A stretch of 64,000 nucleotides of DNA from an uncultured delta proteobacterium (lineage in GTDB: Bacteria > Myxococcota_A > Polyangia > Polyangiales > JAFGIB01): positions 1-64,000 of the forward strand of contig CAVZVA010000002.1 in the NCBI GenBank assembly GCA_963778655.1. The letters are read 5' to 3'. The notes beneath the pieces are model-generated. The model did no database searches and was not told the DNA's origin. It was given only the letters and a program-made list of their open reading frames with translations. This document shows positions 9,880 through 18,864 of this stretch, piece after piece. The position numbers and the translations under genes were made by a program. Every line of letters starts with the position of its first letter. Position 1 is the stretch's first letter.

Positions 9880-10728
9880 TCAGGGCTCTGCGCGGCCCGG
9901 GTGGCCAAAGGCGGTAAATTGGCCGCCCGGGGGCGTGCCGGGGTACCAGGGCCAGAAGGGGGCCCGGTCCTCGCACACACGGCGGTCGGCCGGAGCGCAG
10001 TAGATGCGCACGTGGAAGTGGCTGCGGTGCGGGTTGCCGTGTGCCGGCTGAACCAGCGCCGCTTTGGCCCGCTCGATCAAGACCGCCGGCGCATGGCGGC
10101 GTGCCGCCTCGTCCAGCAAGCGCTGGCGCAAGTAAGTGGCTACGAACACGTACTGCACGCGCGCGTCGCCGTCGGCCAGCAGCTTGGCCACCAGCTCCCA
10201 GTTGCGCGCGTCGTCGAAGCGCAGGTACTGGTTGGGCGGCAGACCGCGGCCGCGCGCGTCCATCTCCGCGAACGCGTAGGTGTAGTACGGCTGCCCGTCG
10301 GCGCGCGTCATGTAGAAGCCGACGTCGGCGTCGCGGCCGCTCTGGTGCGAGCGGTGCCCGTCGATGTGGCCGCCGCTCTCGCGCGACAGCTCGCCCAGCG
10401 AGAGCCTGGCGCCGGGCAGGCGAAAGGTCACACGCCGCGCCGCGCGTTCCAGCAACTGCACCAGCTCCCAGGTGCCGTAGAAGTTGCCGCCGGGCGCGTA
10501 CTCACCGACGTAGCGCACGTAGTCGGACTCGTGGATCTTCAGGCCCCGCTCGAGCTCGCCGTCCCAGGCATAGCCCAGCGAGCGGCTGCGCAGCCCGGGC
10601 GGAGGGCGCAGGCTGATCTCCGCGGTCGCCGCGGCCAGCGCGCCGGCGCGTGGGGTCGCAATCGCAACCGGGCTCAGCGCCGCCGAGCCCGCGGATAGCG
10701 CGAGCAACACCAGCAGAAAGCTGATCAC
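9880..10728 (-). CDS. Penicillin-insensitive murein endopeptidase (MepA-like)
   Basis: GELS...GG..DGHRSHQSGRDAD and HRSHFHVR zinc motifs; signal-like N-terminus; start approximate. Confidence 0.85.
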   Translation of the reverse strand: MISFLLVLLALSAGSAALSPVAIATPRAGALAAATAEISLRPPPGLRSRSLGYAWDGELERGLKIHESDYVRYVGEYAPGGNFYGTWELVQLLERAARRVTFRLPGARLSLGELSRESGGHIDGHRSHQSGRDADVGFYMTRADGQPYYTYAFAEMDARGRGLPPNQYLRFDDARNWELVAKLLADGDARVQYVFVATYLRQRLLDEAARRHAPAVLIERAKAALVQPAHGNPHRSHFHVRIYCAPADRRVCEDRAPFWPWYPGTPPGGQFTAFGHPGRAEP

Positions 10729-10860
10729 GCGGGCCCGCGCAGGGCGCCGTCCCGCGACATCGCGGCGCGAGGACACGTCCGAGCTATGCCCAAGCGCCTC
10801 ACTGCGGGCAACTTTTCCGCAGCAGCGCCGCGCGGCCGCGCGAGCCAGCGCGGCGCTGCT

Positions 10861-12033
10861 ATGCTGCGGCCCATGCGCGCCAGCTCCCTGCTCCTGGCGT
10901 TGGCTGCGTGCTCGGCGTGCAGCGCCAGGCAGGCGGCGGCGCCCCCGGTCACGCCGGCCCGGCCGGCCCTCGCCGCACCCGCGACCGCGACCGCCGCCGC
11001 ATCGGCACCACCGCCTGCGCCTGTAGCTGCGCCCGCAGCCCCGCCCGCGCCGGCGCCCCCCAACCGCCAGCTGGCTGCCCGCGCGACCTACGGCGACCTG
11101 GTGCGCGCTGCAGCGCTGCGCGTCGCGGCCCACGACGCCGACTCGGCCGCAGGCTGTCTGCTCGCCACCGCCGGCAAAGGCTACAGCTTGCAGGCCGACC
11201 TGATGCCGGCGCTCGATCCGCTGCCCGACGCGCCGACCGAGCTCGACGACCGGCTGCAGCGCGAGCGCGGTCCGGTGCGCGTGCTGACGGGTTGGGGCCC
11301 GCTCGGCGACGACGGCGCCACGCTCGCGCTGGTCGCCTTCACCACCCTTCCGCCCAGCGCGCTGCACGCGCCCGCGCTCTCGCTCTGGCTCACCGACGAG
11401 GGCGTGTACCTGCGGAGCGGATCCGCGCCCGCTGGCGCGGGAGACGGTCCGCTGCAGCCGCGGGCGGCGATCGCACGCGCGCTCGCCATGCCGGGCACGG
11501 CCGACGGCGTGCTGTACGTCACGGCCGAGGCGGCCGCTCCGATGGCCGAGCTGATCGCGCTGCTGCGCGCGCTGCCGGCCGAACGGCTGGTTGCGCTGGC
11601 GCTGGCCTTGCCCGCGGGCACCCGCCTGCCCGCCTCCACAGCGCAGGCCGCGCCGCAGGATTGCCCCGGCGGGCTGCCCCCACCGCCCGAGCAGAGCAGC
11701 GAAGGCACGCTCGACCCCCACGCGATCGTCGCCGCGCTCGGGCCGTTGCGCGCCCAGGCCGAAGCCTGTTTGCGCAATGCACAGGGGCGCGCGCGCGCAG
11801 GCGGCCGCCTGGTGCTCGCACTGCGCATCGAAGCCGACGGCCGCGCCGGCGCAGCGTGCCTGCGGGACGACCCAATCGGCGACCCCGCGCTCGCAGCCTG
11901 CGTGATCGCAGCCGCCCGCGGCCTACGCTTCCCCATCCCCAATCCACCCGGCTTCGTCGACGTCCACCTCCCGCTAGCCCTCACCCCCGAGGGCCCCCCC
12001 GCCCAACACGGCGTGTGCGAGCCCTCGCGCTGA
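10861..12033 (+). CDS. Lipoprotein with AgmX/PglI-type (TonB-C-like) C-terminal domain
   Basis: Lipobox-like LAAC; Pro/Ala linker; C-terminal AC...GRLVLALRIEADG...ACV......RFP. Confidence 0.65.
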   Translation: MLRPMRASSLLLALAACSACSARQAAAPPVTPARPALAAPATATAAASAPPPAPVAAPAAPPAPAPPNRQLAARATYGDLVRAAALRVAAHDADSAAGCLLATAGKGYSLQADLMPALDPLPDAPTELDDRLQRERGPVRVLTGWGPLGDDGATLALVAFTTLPPSALHAPALSLWLTDEGVYLRSGSAPAGAGDGPLQPRAAIARALAMPGTADGVLYVTAEAAAPMAELIALLRALPAERLVALALALPAGTRLPASTAQAAPQDCPGGLPPPPEQSSEGTLDPHAIVAALGPLRAQAEACLRNAQGRARAGGRLVLALRIEADGRAGAACLRDDPIGDPALAACVIAAARGLRFPIPNPPGFVDVHLPLALTPEGPPAQHGVCEPSR

Positions 12034-12144
12034 CCCCCGCTCCGTCCACCCGTGGTCGTGGCCATAGCCGTAGGTGTAGTGGTAATCGCGGTCGTCATCG
12101 CACCGGCACAGCCCCACCCACGGCCGCCGCAACGTCCCCCGAGG

Positions 12145-12756
12145 TCACTTCAGCTGCTGCTTGATCAGCTTGTTGACGTCCGCGTGCGCCTTCTTGAAGT
12201 CGTACCAGGCCTTGCCGATCTCCTGCACCAGCGGCTGCGCGCGTGCTTCATCGTAGTCGAGATCGGGATCGTCCAGATACGCGATGTACGCGCTGAACGC
12301 GCTGCGCAGCCTGGCGTTGGCCTGCTTCAACCCGCTCACGTCCGCCTGCAGATCCGCAGGCACGATCAACGTGTCGAGCTTGGGACCGATCTCCTCCAGC
12401 TTGGGCATGCAGTGCTCGCGCACGTGCACGCCGTAGGCGCGCCCGCGCTCCTGGCCGCGGCCGCCGACCTGCGTCTCGAGCTCCGCGTTGGACTTGATGT
12501 CGTTGACATTCGCGCCCTGCAGCGCACAGCCCCAGAACTGATCGAAGTGCGCGTGCTTGAGCCCGTTGATCTGGCGCCCGATCTCGCCGTACACGCGTGC
12601 CCGGTCCTGGCCTCCCATCAGGAAGAACAAGCCCAGCAACAGCGCGGCGCCCAGCCCGGCCATGGCCACCAGCGAGCCGGCCCTGCCCTTGTGCATGGCG
12701 GCCTCGGCGTCCGCCAGCGCGCTGCTCGCCAGAGGCTCGTCGTGTGGCTCGGCCAT
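12145..12756 (-). CDS. Hypothetical single-pass membrane protein
   Basis: Coding-like 203-aa ORF; one TM segment, then a helical domain. Confidence 0.7.
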   Translation of the reverse strand: MAEPHDEPLASSALADAEAAMHKGRAGSLVAMAGLGAALLLGLFFLMGGQDRARVYGEIGRQINGLKHAHFDQFWGCALQGANVNDIKSNAELETQVGGRGQERGRAYGVHVREHCMPKLEEIGPKLDTLIVPADLQADVSGLKQANARLRSAFSAYIAYLDDPDLDYDEARAQPLVQEIGKAWYDFKKAHADVNKLIKQQLK

Positions 12757-12771
12757 CTACACCTCGCGCGG

Positions 12772-14481
12772 TTACGGCTTGCTGTCGAGCTTCAACCGCA
12801 TCCCGGGCTGACTCAAATGCAGTCTCGGCGGCGCGCCGTCGGGTTTCAACGTCCCAGCGCTGGGGCTGGCCGGCTGGCCCCCGAGCAGGCCGGCCCCGTC
12901 GTGCCCCTCTAGCGCCTGCGACAGATCGAGATGGCCGGGGTCCGGCAGCGCCTCGGCGGCCGGCTGGGCCGGCTCGGCCGGCTGGGCCTGGGCCGAGCCG
13001 CCTGCGCTCGCTCCCGGCTCCGTTTCCAGCGCGGTCGGTCCGAGCACCCGCCCGAGCAGATCGCGCGTGCGCGCCGCGAGCGCCGCGGGCGCCAGCGAAA
13101 GCACCTTGTGCGCCTCTGCCCGCATGTCGTCGTAGCGCGCCGCCTGGCGGTAGATCCGGGCGAGCACCAGGTGCGCCTGAGGATCGTCGGGCCGCAGCTT
13201 CACCGCCCGCTGCGCCTGCACGATCGCCTGCTCGTTCTCGCCGGCGGCCGCGTGGTACTGGGCCCAGGTCAGCGGCAGCGAGGGCAGGCCGGGGTCGAGC
13301 TCGCCGGCCTTGTCGAGCTCGGTCTTGGCCAGCCCGCGCTCGCCGCGCGCGAGGTGGATTTCCGCCAGTGTGGCATGGCCGAGCGCGAAGTCCGGCTCCT
13401 GCTCCAGCACCTGCGCCACCTCGCGCGCTGCACGCTCGCCGTCGCCGAGCGCGAGGTAGACCATCGCCAGGTTGTTGCGCCGCGGCGCGTCCGCCCGCAG
13501 CTGCAGCGCCGCCTCCAGCTCGTTCTGGCCAAGGTCGCTGGCTCCGCTCGAGAGCAGCACCGTGCCGCGCATGCTGCGCACCGAAGGCGAGCTCGGCAGC
13601 AGCTTGACCGCGGCGTCGGCGTCCCGCAGCGCGAGCGCCGGATCCTCGTTGTGCGCGAGCCGCTGCAAGGCCTGCAGCGACAGCGCCGCGCCCACCGCCT
13701 GCAGATCGCTCAGCAGCGCGCACTGGCAGCCGTCCTGCTCGGGGCGCCCGCCGTACGCATCGAAGACCCGCAGCTTGCCACCCTTGCCTGCGGGCAGCGC
13801 CGCCGCGAAGTAGCCGAAGCGCCCCGACGGATCGAGCGGGGTACGCTCGCCGGGCAGCGCGTAGACCTCCGCGACCATCGCCGGAACGTCCACCGCGCGC
13901 AGCGCGGCCACCGCCAGCGCCGCGACTTCGAGCGGATAGAGCTGCTCGCGCGCCCCGTCCTTGGCAATCGCCTGCAACACCTTGGCCGCGACCCGCGGCG
14001 GCGGATCCGGACGCGGGTCCGACAGCGACCAGGGCACGAAGGCCTGCTTCGCCGCGCGGGCGCGCAGCGCCTTGACCACGGCGCGCGCCTTGTCCTCGGG
14101 CGTGGCGTGACCGCGCACCGCCTGCTGCGCGAAGCGCTCGACCGCACCGTCCGCGACCAGCAGCGCGGCGAGCTCACCGGCGTTGACCCCGCGCCGCTGC
14201 AGCTCGCGGCGCAGCACGCCTGGGTCGAGCGGGCTGCGCGCGAGGGTGGCCGCGTCCGGGGTCTGCGCGCGCTTCCACCACAGGTAGCCCGACGCGCCCC
14301 CGATGCCGGCCAGCACCAGCAGTGCGAGTACCAGCGCGCGCCGCGAGCGCGCTGGGCGCGCCGCGGGCGCAGCCGCAGCCAGCGGCCGCAAGCCGTGCAC
14401 GCGCATGCACTTGGGGCAGCGCGGCTCGGCTTCGCCTTCGATCTCGAACTTCTCGTCGCAATGTACGCACAGATAACGCAT
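12772..14481 (-). CDS. Zn-ribbon + TM + TPR protein
   Basis: CVHC/CPKC at N-terminus, a TM helix, several TPR-like helices. Confidence 0.75.
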   Translation of the reverse strand: MRYLCVHCDEKFEIEGEAEPRCPKCMRVHGLRPLAAAAPAARPARSRRALVLALLVLAGIGGASGYLWWKRAQTPDAATLARSPLDPGVLRRELQRRGVNAGELAALLVADGAVERFAQQAVRGHATPEDKARAVVKALRARAAKQAFVPWSLSDPRPDPPPRVAAKVLQAIAKDGAREQLYPLEVAALAVAALRAVDVPAMVAEVYALPGERTPLDPSGRFGYFAAALPAGKGGKLRVFDAYGGRPEQDGCQCALLSDLQAVGAALSLQALQRLAHNEDPALALRDADAAVKLLPSSPSVRSMRGTVLLSSGASDLGQNELEAALQLRADAPRRNNLAMVYLALGDGERAAREVAQVLEQEPDFALGHATLAEIHLARGERGLAKTELDKAGELDPGLPSLPLTWAQYHAAAGENEQAIVQAQRAVKLRPDDPQAHLVLARIYRQAARYDDMRAEAHKVLSLAPAALAARTRDLLGRVLGPTALETEPGASAGGSAQAQPAEPAQPAAEALPDPGHLDLSQALEGHDGAGLLGGQPASPSAGTLKPDGAPPRLHLSQPGMRLKLDSKP

Positions 14482-14610
14482 CGGATTCCGCCACGCGACC
14501 GGCTGATCGGCCCCGGCGCGCACCGTTGCCTTTTACAACTTCTGGGCGCTCCCGCCAGCAGCGGCTGCTCGGGGGCCGTCCGGAAACCAGCGCGCGGGCC
14601 AAGAGATTCC

Positions 14611-14677
14611 ACAGGAAGACAGCAAGACGGGAAGCACCGCTATGATTTTGTCTGCTTCCCGCCTTCCCGTCTTCCTG
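14611..14677. repeat. Palindromic REP-like element, copy A
   Basis: ACAGGAAGACAGCAAGACGGGAAGCA ... TGCTTCCCGCCTTCCCGTCTTCCTG; related copies at 22497 and 57570. Confidence 0.75.
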
Positions 14678-14705
14678 CTGCATCCGGGCGACGCGCCGCC
14701 GCGAG

Positions 14706-15362
14706 CTATCGCGTGGAGGCCCAGGCGCAGATCGGGCAGGCGGCCGGGTCGTGGCCACGCGCGGGACAGTGATCGCGCCCGAAGTAGATCAGCTGCAGGT
14801 GTCGCTTGCCCCACTGGGCGGCGGGAAACAGTCGCTTCAGGTCGCGCTCGGTCTGCAGCACGTTCTTGCCCGAGGACAGCCCCCAGCGCGCCGCGAGCCG
14901 GTGGATGTGCGTGTCGACCGGGAACGCGGGCAGCCCGAAGGCCTGCACGCGCACGACCGAGGCGGTCTTGTGACCCACCCCGGGCAGCGCCTCGAGCGCG
15001 GCCTCGTCGCTCGGCACCTGTCCTGCGTGTCGCTCGAGCAGCTGGCGCGCCATCGCCTGGAGGTTGCGCGCCTTGGTCGGGGCCAGCCCGAGCGTGCGGA
15101 TCTGCCGGCGGATGGCCGGCACCGGGAGGGCCGCCAGCCGTTGCGGCGAGTCGGCCCGCGCGAACAGCCCGGGCGTGACCTGGTTGACCTTCTTGTCGGT
15201 GGTCTGTGCGCTCAGCATCACCGCCACCAGCAGCGTGAACGGATCGCGGTGCTGCAACGGGATCGGCGCCTGCGGGTAGAGCGCGTCGAGGATCGCCCCG
15301 ATGCGCGCCGCCTTGAGCCGCACGCTTCCCGAGATCGCCGGCTGCCCTTGCGTCCCGGCCAT
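14706..15362 (-). CDS. nth: Endonuclease III
   Basis: LLVAVMLSAQTTD, HhH LPGVGHKTA, VDTHIHR; C-terminal Cys cluster CPAR...CPIC. Confidence 0.95.
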   Translation of the reverse strand: MAGTQGQPAISGSVRLKAARIGAILDALYPQAPIPLQHRDPFTLLVAVMLSAQTTDKKVNQVTPGLFARADSPQRLAALPVPAIRRQIRTLGLAPTKARNLQAMARQLLERHAGQVPSDEAALEALPGVGHKTASVVRVQAFGLPAFPVDTHIHRLAARWGLSSGKNVLQTERDLKRLFPAAQWGKRHLQLIYFGRDHCPARGHDPAACPICAWASTR

Positions 15363-15400
15363 CGTCCCGCGTTTCGTGCGCATCTCGCGAAGCGGCCGCC

Positions 15401-15610
15401 TCAGCGCCCGATCAAACGTTGCAGCACCGCTTGCAGCTCCTGCACGCCGATGTCGACGCGCTCGACCACGCGCCCGTACAGCAAGGCAGTCGGCACGTTG
15501 CGGTCGCCGAGCTCGCGCTGCGCCTCCTGCAGGGTCAGCAGCACCACGCGCTCGATCCGGGTCAAGCCGTCGCGCGCGTCCGGAATGCGGTCGTAAGGCC
15601 CGCTACGCAC
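15401..15610 (-). CDS. Small protein resembling the GyrA/ParC N-terminal winged-helix segment
   Basis: IPDARDGL...RVVL...PTALLYGRV; GTG start at 15610 inferred; co-oriented 18-39 bp upstream of nth depending on start chosen. Confidence 0.6.
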   Translation of the reverse strand: MRSGPYDRIPDARDGLTRIERVVLLTLQEAQRELGDRNVPTALLYGRVVERVDIGVQELQAVLQRLIGR

Positions 15611-15671
15611 CGAGGCAGCATCGCATACGGCCGCTTGGCGGCAAAGCCGCGCCCGCCGCGCCGGCCGCGCT

Positions 15672-16529
15672 TCAGTCGACGCCGCCGTCCTCGGCCGCGA
15701 CCGGATCGCAGGCGGGATTGGCCTCGCCTGGCGTGCCCAGGTCGCCGCCATAGCTCACGCGCGCCGCGCACCACGCGCCGGCCATATCGTTGGCGAGCGC
15801 GTCGGTGGCAGCGGGGTCGAGCGACATGCTCGCGCCCGACACCAGTGGAAAGCTCCCGTCGTAGGCCACGCGGTCGATCTCCACGCCGTCGCAGCCGAGC
15901 GCGACCGCATCGCTGCCGTTGCCGAGCGAGAAGCTGAGCACACCGTTGGGCCGAAAGCCGACCGCATCGCTGCGAGCGAGGGTGACGTAGGCGCCGGGCG
16001 CAAGCCGCAGCGGCGCCGGGATTGGGCGCGGCGTGCCCCCGCCGTCATCGAGCGTGCAACCGCCGAGATCGAAGCCCTGGCTCGCGCTCGGATTGTACAG
16101 CTCGATCCATTCGCCCTCGTCGTCCCGCAGCGCCGCGGGGTTGGCCATGATCTCGGTGAGCACGACCTGGCCGGCGGTGTTGGGCCTGGCGGCCGTGGGC
16201 GCCGGCGCGGCAGTGCTGCCCGCCATGCCCCCGGCGCCGCCTGCGCGCGCGCCTGCGTCGGGCAGCGCGGCCGGCACGCCGCCATCGCCGCCGGCCAAGT
16301 CCGCGTGCGCGGCCCCGGCGTCGGCCGGATCCGCGCCTTGCGGCCCTGCATAGGAAAGCCCGGTCGGCGGCCGCACGAGCGCGGCGTCGCCTCCAGGCCC
16401 AGCGTCGCCCGCCGCCTCGACTGGCACCGCGGGATCGGCGCCAGTGCCAGCGTCTACGCCGGTGCCGAGCACCTGGATGCAGCCGCAGAGTTGGATCAAC
16501 GTCAGTCCCGCGATCAGGGAGCGTGCCAT
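15672..16529 (-). CDS. Lamin-tail-domain (LTD) lipoprotein
   Basis: VVLTEIMANP...EWIELYN...GTPG.AN; AGGAGG RBS before ATG; LCGC lipobox-like. Confidence 0.85.
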   Translation of the reverse strand: MARSLIAGLTLIQLCGCIQVLGTGVDAGTGADPAVPVEAAGDAGPGGDAALVRPPTGLSYAGPQGADPADAGAAHADLAGGDGGVPAALPDAGARAGGAGGMAGSTAAPAPTAARPNTAGQVVLTEIMANPAALRDDEGEWIELYNPSASQGFDLGGCTLDDGGGTPRPIPAPLRLAPGAYVTLARSDAVGFRPNGVLSFSLGNGSDAVALGCDGVEIDRVAYDGSFPLVSGASMSLDPAATDALANDMAGAWCAARVSYGGDLGTPGEANPACDPVAAEDGGVD

Positions 16530-16611
16530 GGTGTCCTCCTGGGGTGAGATGCGATCGCCTTTGTCTCGGCCAGCGCCGCGCGCAGTTGCGTGCCGAAGCG
16601 CGGGCGCGGGC

Positions 16612-17250
16612 TCAAGGCTCGGCACGCGCGAGCGCCAGCGTGCGCACCTGGGCGAAGCCGCAGTCGAGCAGCGCCTCGGCGGCAGCGGCGAGGGTTGCGC
16701 CGGTGGTACGCACGTCGTCGATCAGCAGGACGCGGTCGCCGTGACGGCGGCCGAGCACCGCGAACGCGCCGCGCACGTTGGCGGCGCGCTCGGCGCGCGG
16801 CAAGCTCGCCTGATCACGCGTGGGCCGCACCCGGTGCAGGCCGCTGAGGTCGAGCGGCAGCCCCAGGGCGCGTGCGACCGGGCGCGCCAGCAGCGCGCTC
16901 TGGTTGAATCCGCGCTCGCGCAGGCGGCCGGGGTGCAGCGGCAGCGCGATCACGCGGTCGACGCGGCCGGCGTACGGCAAGGCCGCGTCCGCGAGCAGGG
17001 CGCCGAGCGGCGCTCCCAGCTCGCTGCGGCCGCCGTACTTCAGCCGGCGCAGGGCTTCGGCGAGCGGGCCCCCGTACACATAGGCGGCTGCCGCCAGCGC
17101 CGGCGGTCGCTGCGCGGCGGTCTCGAGCAGGGGCGCGCAGGCGGGGCAGAAGCGACCCTCGCTCTCGCCCGGCCCCAGATCGCAGCCGGGGCAGCGAGCG
17201 GGAGCAAGCAGGCGCGTGAAGGCACCCAAGATCGCGGCGCGCGATCGCAT
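16612..17250 (-). CDS. comF: ComF family protein (double Zn ribbon + PRTase)
   Basis: CPGC/CPAC, LKY, RGFNQS, VLLIDDVRTTGATL. Confidence 0.9.
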   Translation of the reverse strand: MRSRAAILGAFTRLLAPARCPGCDLGPGESEGRFCPACAPLLETAAQRPPALAAAAYVYGGPLAEALRRLKYGGRSELGAPLGALLADAALPYAGRVDRVIALPLHPGRLRERGFNQSALLARPVARALGLPLDLSGLHRVRPTRDQASLPRAERAANVRGAFAVLGRRHGDRVLLIDDVRTTGATLAAAAEALLDCGFAQVRTLALARAEP

Positions 17251-17316
17251 GTCCGAGGTATCGGATCAGGCTGCGCGCAGTTGCGGCCGACCGCGCTCGC
17301 GGCTGCACAGGGGGCT

Positions 17317-17427
17317 AAAAAAACCGGCGGCCGAGAGCCCCCGGGGGGACGAGAGCTCTCGAAGCCGCCTGATGAAGTGGCTCAAAGGCTGGGGGGATAG
17401 CCTTTAGGGAGCCGCTGATTCATCGGT
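17317..17427 (-). ncRNA. Candidate sigma54-dependent sRNA A (two hairpins with C-rich loops + U-tract)
   Basis: AAAGGCU-AUCCCCCC-AGCCUUU and GAGAGCUCUC-GUCCCCCC-GGGGGCUCUC hairpins followed by U7; begins ~12 nt after a GG-N10-GC motif. Confidence 0.7.
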
Positions 17428-17437
17428 CGCACGCTGT

Positions 17438-17454
17438 TGCCAGACTTGTGCCAA
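17438..17454 (-). promoter_or_regulatory. sigma54 -24/-12 promoter
   Basis: TTGGCACAAGTCTGGCA (TGGCAC-N5-TGGCA, GG-N10-GC spacing). Confidence 0.65.
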
Positions 17455-17679
17455 CTCTCGCTCTGGGCTTTTCGCCGGAAAACAACTGCGACACCGGGGC
17501 GCGGATTTCAGTTTCGAAACCGCCATTTCCAGATCCGAAATCATGCCGCGTGCCGCGCGCGCGCGACTAGTGGATCGAGAGGGGGTTTCATTATTGAAAT
17601 GACCGTTTTCAATCACGCACGACTGCAGGCCACCGCTGAGCGGCTTGCGCGCGCACGCCGGAGACGCGTAAGTGCTGGG

Positions 17680-17741
17680 AAAAGGACAGCGGCGGCTCCG
17701 AGGCATGGGGGGGATGCCTCGCGGGGAACCGCCGCTGTCGC
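17680..17741 (-). ncRNA. Candidate sigma54-dependent sRNA B (single long hairpin, C7 loop)
   Basis: GACAGCGGCGG...GAGGCAU-CCCCCCC-AUGCCUC...CCGCCGCUGUC then CUUUU. Confidence 0.6.
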
Positions 17742-17751
17742 GCTCGCGCAA

Positions 17752-17767
17752 AGCAAGTCGCGTGCCA
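17752..17767 (-). promoter_or_regulatory. sigma54 -24/-12 promoter
   Basis: TGGCACGCGACTTGCT, a full match to TGGCAC-N5-TTGCW. Confidence 0.8.
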
Positions 17768-17783
17768 TTAGGGGCCCCCACCT

Positions 17784-18224
17784 TCAGTGGGCGTAGGGCT
17801 CGTTCCGCATGATCGTAAAGCAGCGGTAGAGCTGTTCGGCGAGCACGAGCCGCGCGAGCCGATGCGGGAGCGTGAGCATCGAGAGCGAGAGCCGGAGCTG
17901 CGCCCTGCTGGAGATGGCGGGCGGCAAGCCGTAGGCCCCGCCGACCAGGAATGCCACTGTTCCGCCCGCGCTCTGCTCCTGCTTGGCCAGCCAGCGCGCC
18001 AGGCCGGCGCTATCATACGCGCGGCCCCCGACCTCGAGCGCAGCCACTGTACCGCGCGCCGGCAGGGCTCGCTCGAAACGCGTGATCAGCTCGCGCTCCG
18101 GGCCATCCTTGAGCTCGATTTCGTCGCAGCCGGCATAGCGGCGGATGCGACCCAAGTAGTCGTCGAGCTCCGCCCGCAGGCCAACCTGCTTGACCTTGCC
18201 CACGGCGATGATCGCGATGCGCAT
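17784..18224 (-). CDS. rlmH: 23S rRNA (pseudouridine1915-N3)-methyltransferase
   Basis: MRIAIIAVGK...FLVGGAYGL...TLPHRLARLVLAEQLYR...PY. Confidence 0.95.
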   Translation of the reverse strand: MRIAIIAVGKVKQVGLRAELDDYLGRIRRYAGCDEIELKDGPERELITRFERALPARGTVAALEVGGRAYDSAGLARWLAKQEQSAGGTVAFLVGGAYGLPPAISSRAQLRLSLSMLTLPHRLARLVLAEQLYRCFTIMRNEPYAH

Positions 18225-18275
18225 CTCAACCAGCCTGCCCTGGCGGCGCCGATCGCCGCCCCGGGGGCGGGACCC

Positions 18276-18734
18276 TCACTCGACCGAAAGCCGGGCGGCG
18301 TCGATCCAGAGCGTCTCCAGATCATAGTAGCCGCGCGCGTCCTCGTGGAACACGTGCACGATCACGTCGCCAAAATCCATCAGTAGCCAGCTCGCGTGCG
18401 GCAGCCCCTCGACCCCGATGCAGCGCGTGCCGCGCGCGTTGAGGTCCTGCTCGATGTTCCGCGCCAGCGCGCCCACCTGGCGGTCGCTGCGCCCGCTCAT
18501 CACCACGACGTAGTCGGAATAGTCGACCTTGCCGCGCACGTCGATGATCTCGACGTTGAGCGCCTTGTGCTCGAGCGCCACCGCCGCGATCGACAGCGCC
18601 AGCGCGCGCGCCTCTGCCTCGGCCTTGCCGCTTCCGCGCGGGCTGCTGCCGGCGCTTTTGCCGGCGCTCTTGCCGCCGCTCTTCTTTCCTACCGTGGCCT
18701 TGCCCTTGCCGCTCTTCCTGGTCTTGGTCGCCAA
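18276..18734 (-). CDS. rsfS: Ribosome silencing factor with Lys-rich N-terminal extension
   Basis: KA.NV.IIDV...DY.VV.SG.S.RQV...W.LMDFGDVIVHVF...R.YYDLE.LW; start approximate. Confidence 0.93.
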   Translation of the reverse strand: MATKTRKSGKGKATVGKKSGGKSAGKSAGSSPRGSGKAEAEARALALSIAAVALEHKALNVEIIDVRGKVDYSDYVVVMSGRSDRQVGALARNIEQDLNARGTRCIGVEGLPHASWLLMDFGDVIVHVFHEDARGYYDLETLWIDAARLSVE

Positions 18735-18864
18735 GCGCTGCTCCTCGACCGGGCCGGCCCCTCGCTGGCAGCGCCCGGTCGCGCCGATAGTAGAGCGCAA
18801 TCGTCGATTGCGGAATGCCGGAATGCAGGCGGGCTCCAACCTGCGCGGCCTGCGCAGCCGGCGC

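Noticed and set aside
12034..12144. GTG/GTC-rich stretch between convergent genes
   Set aside because: Degenerate low complexity with no definable unit or structure
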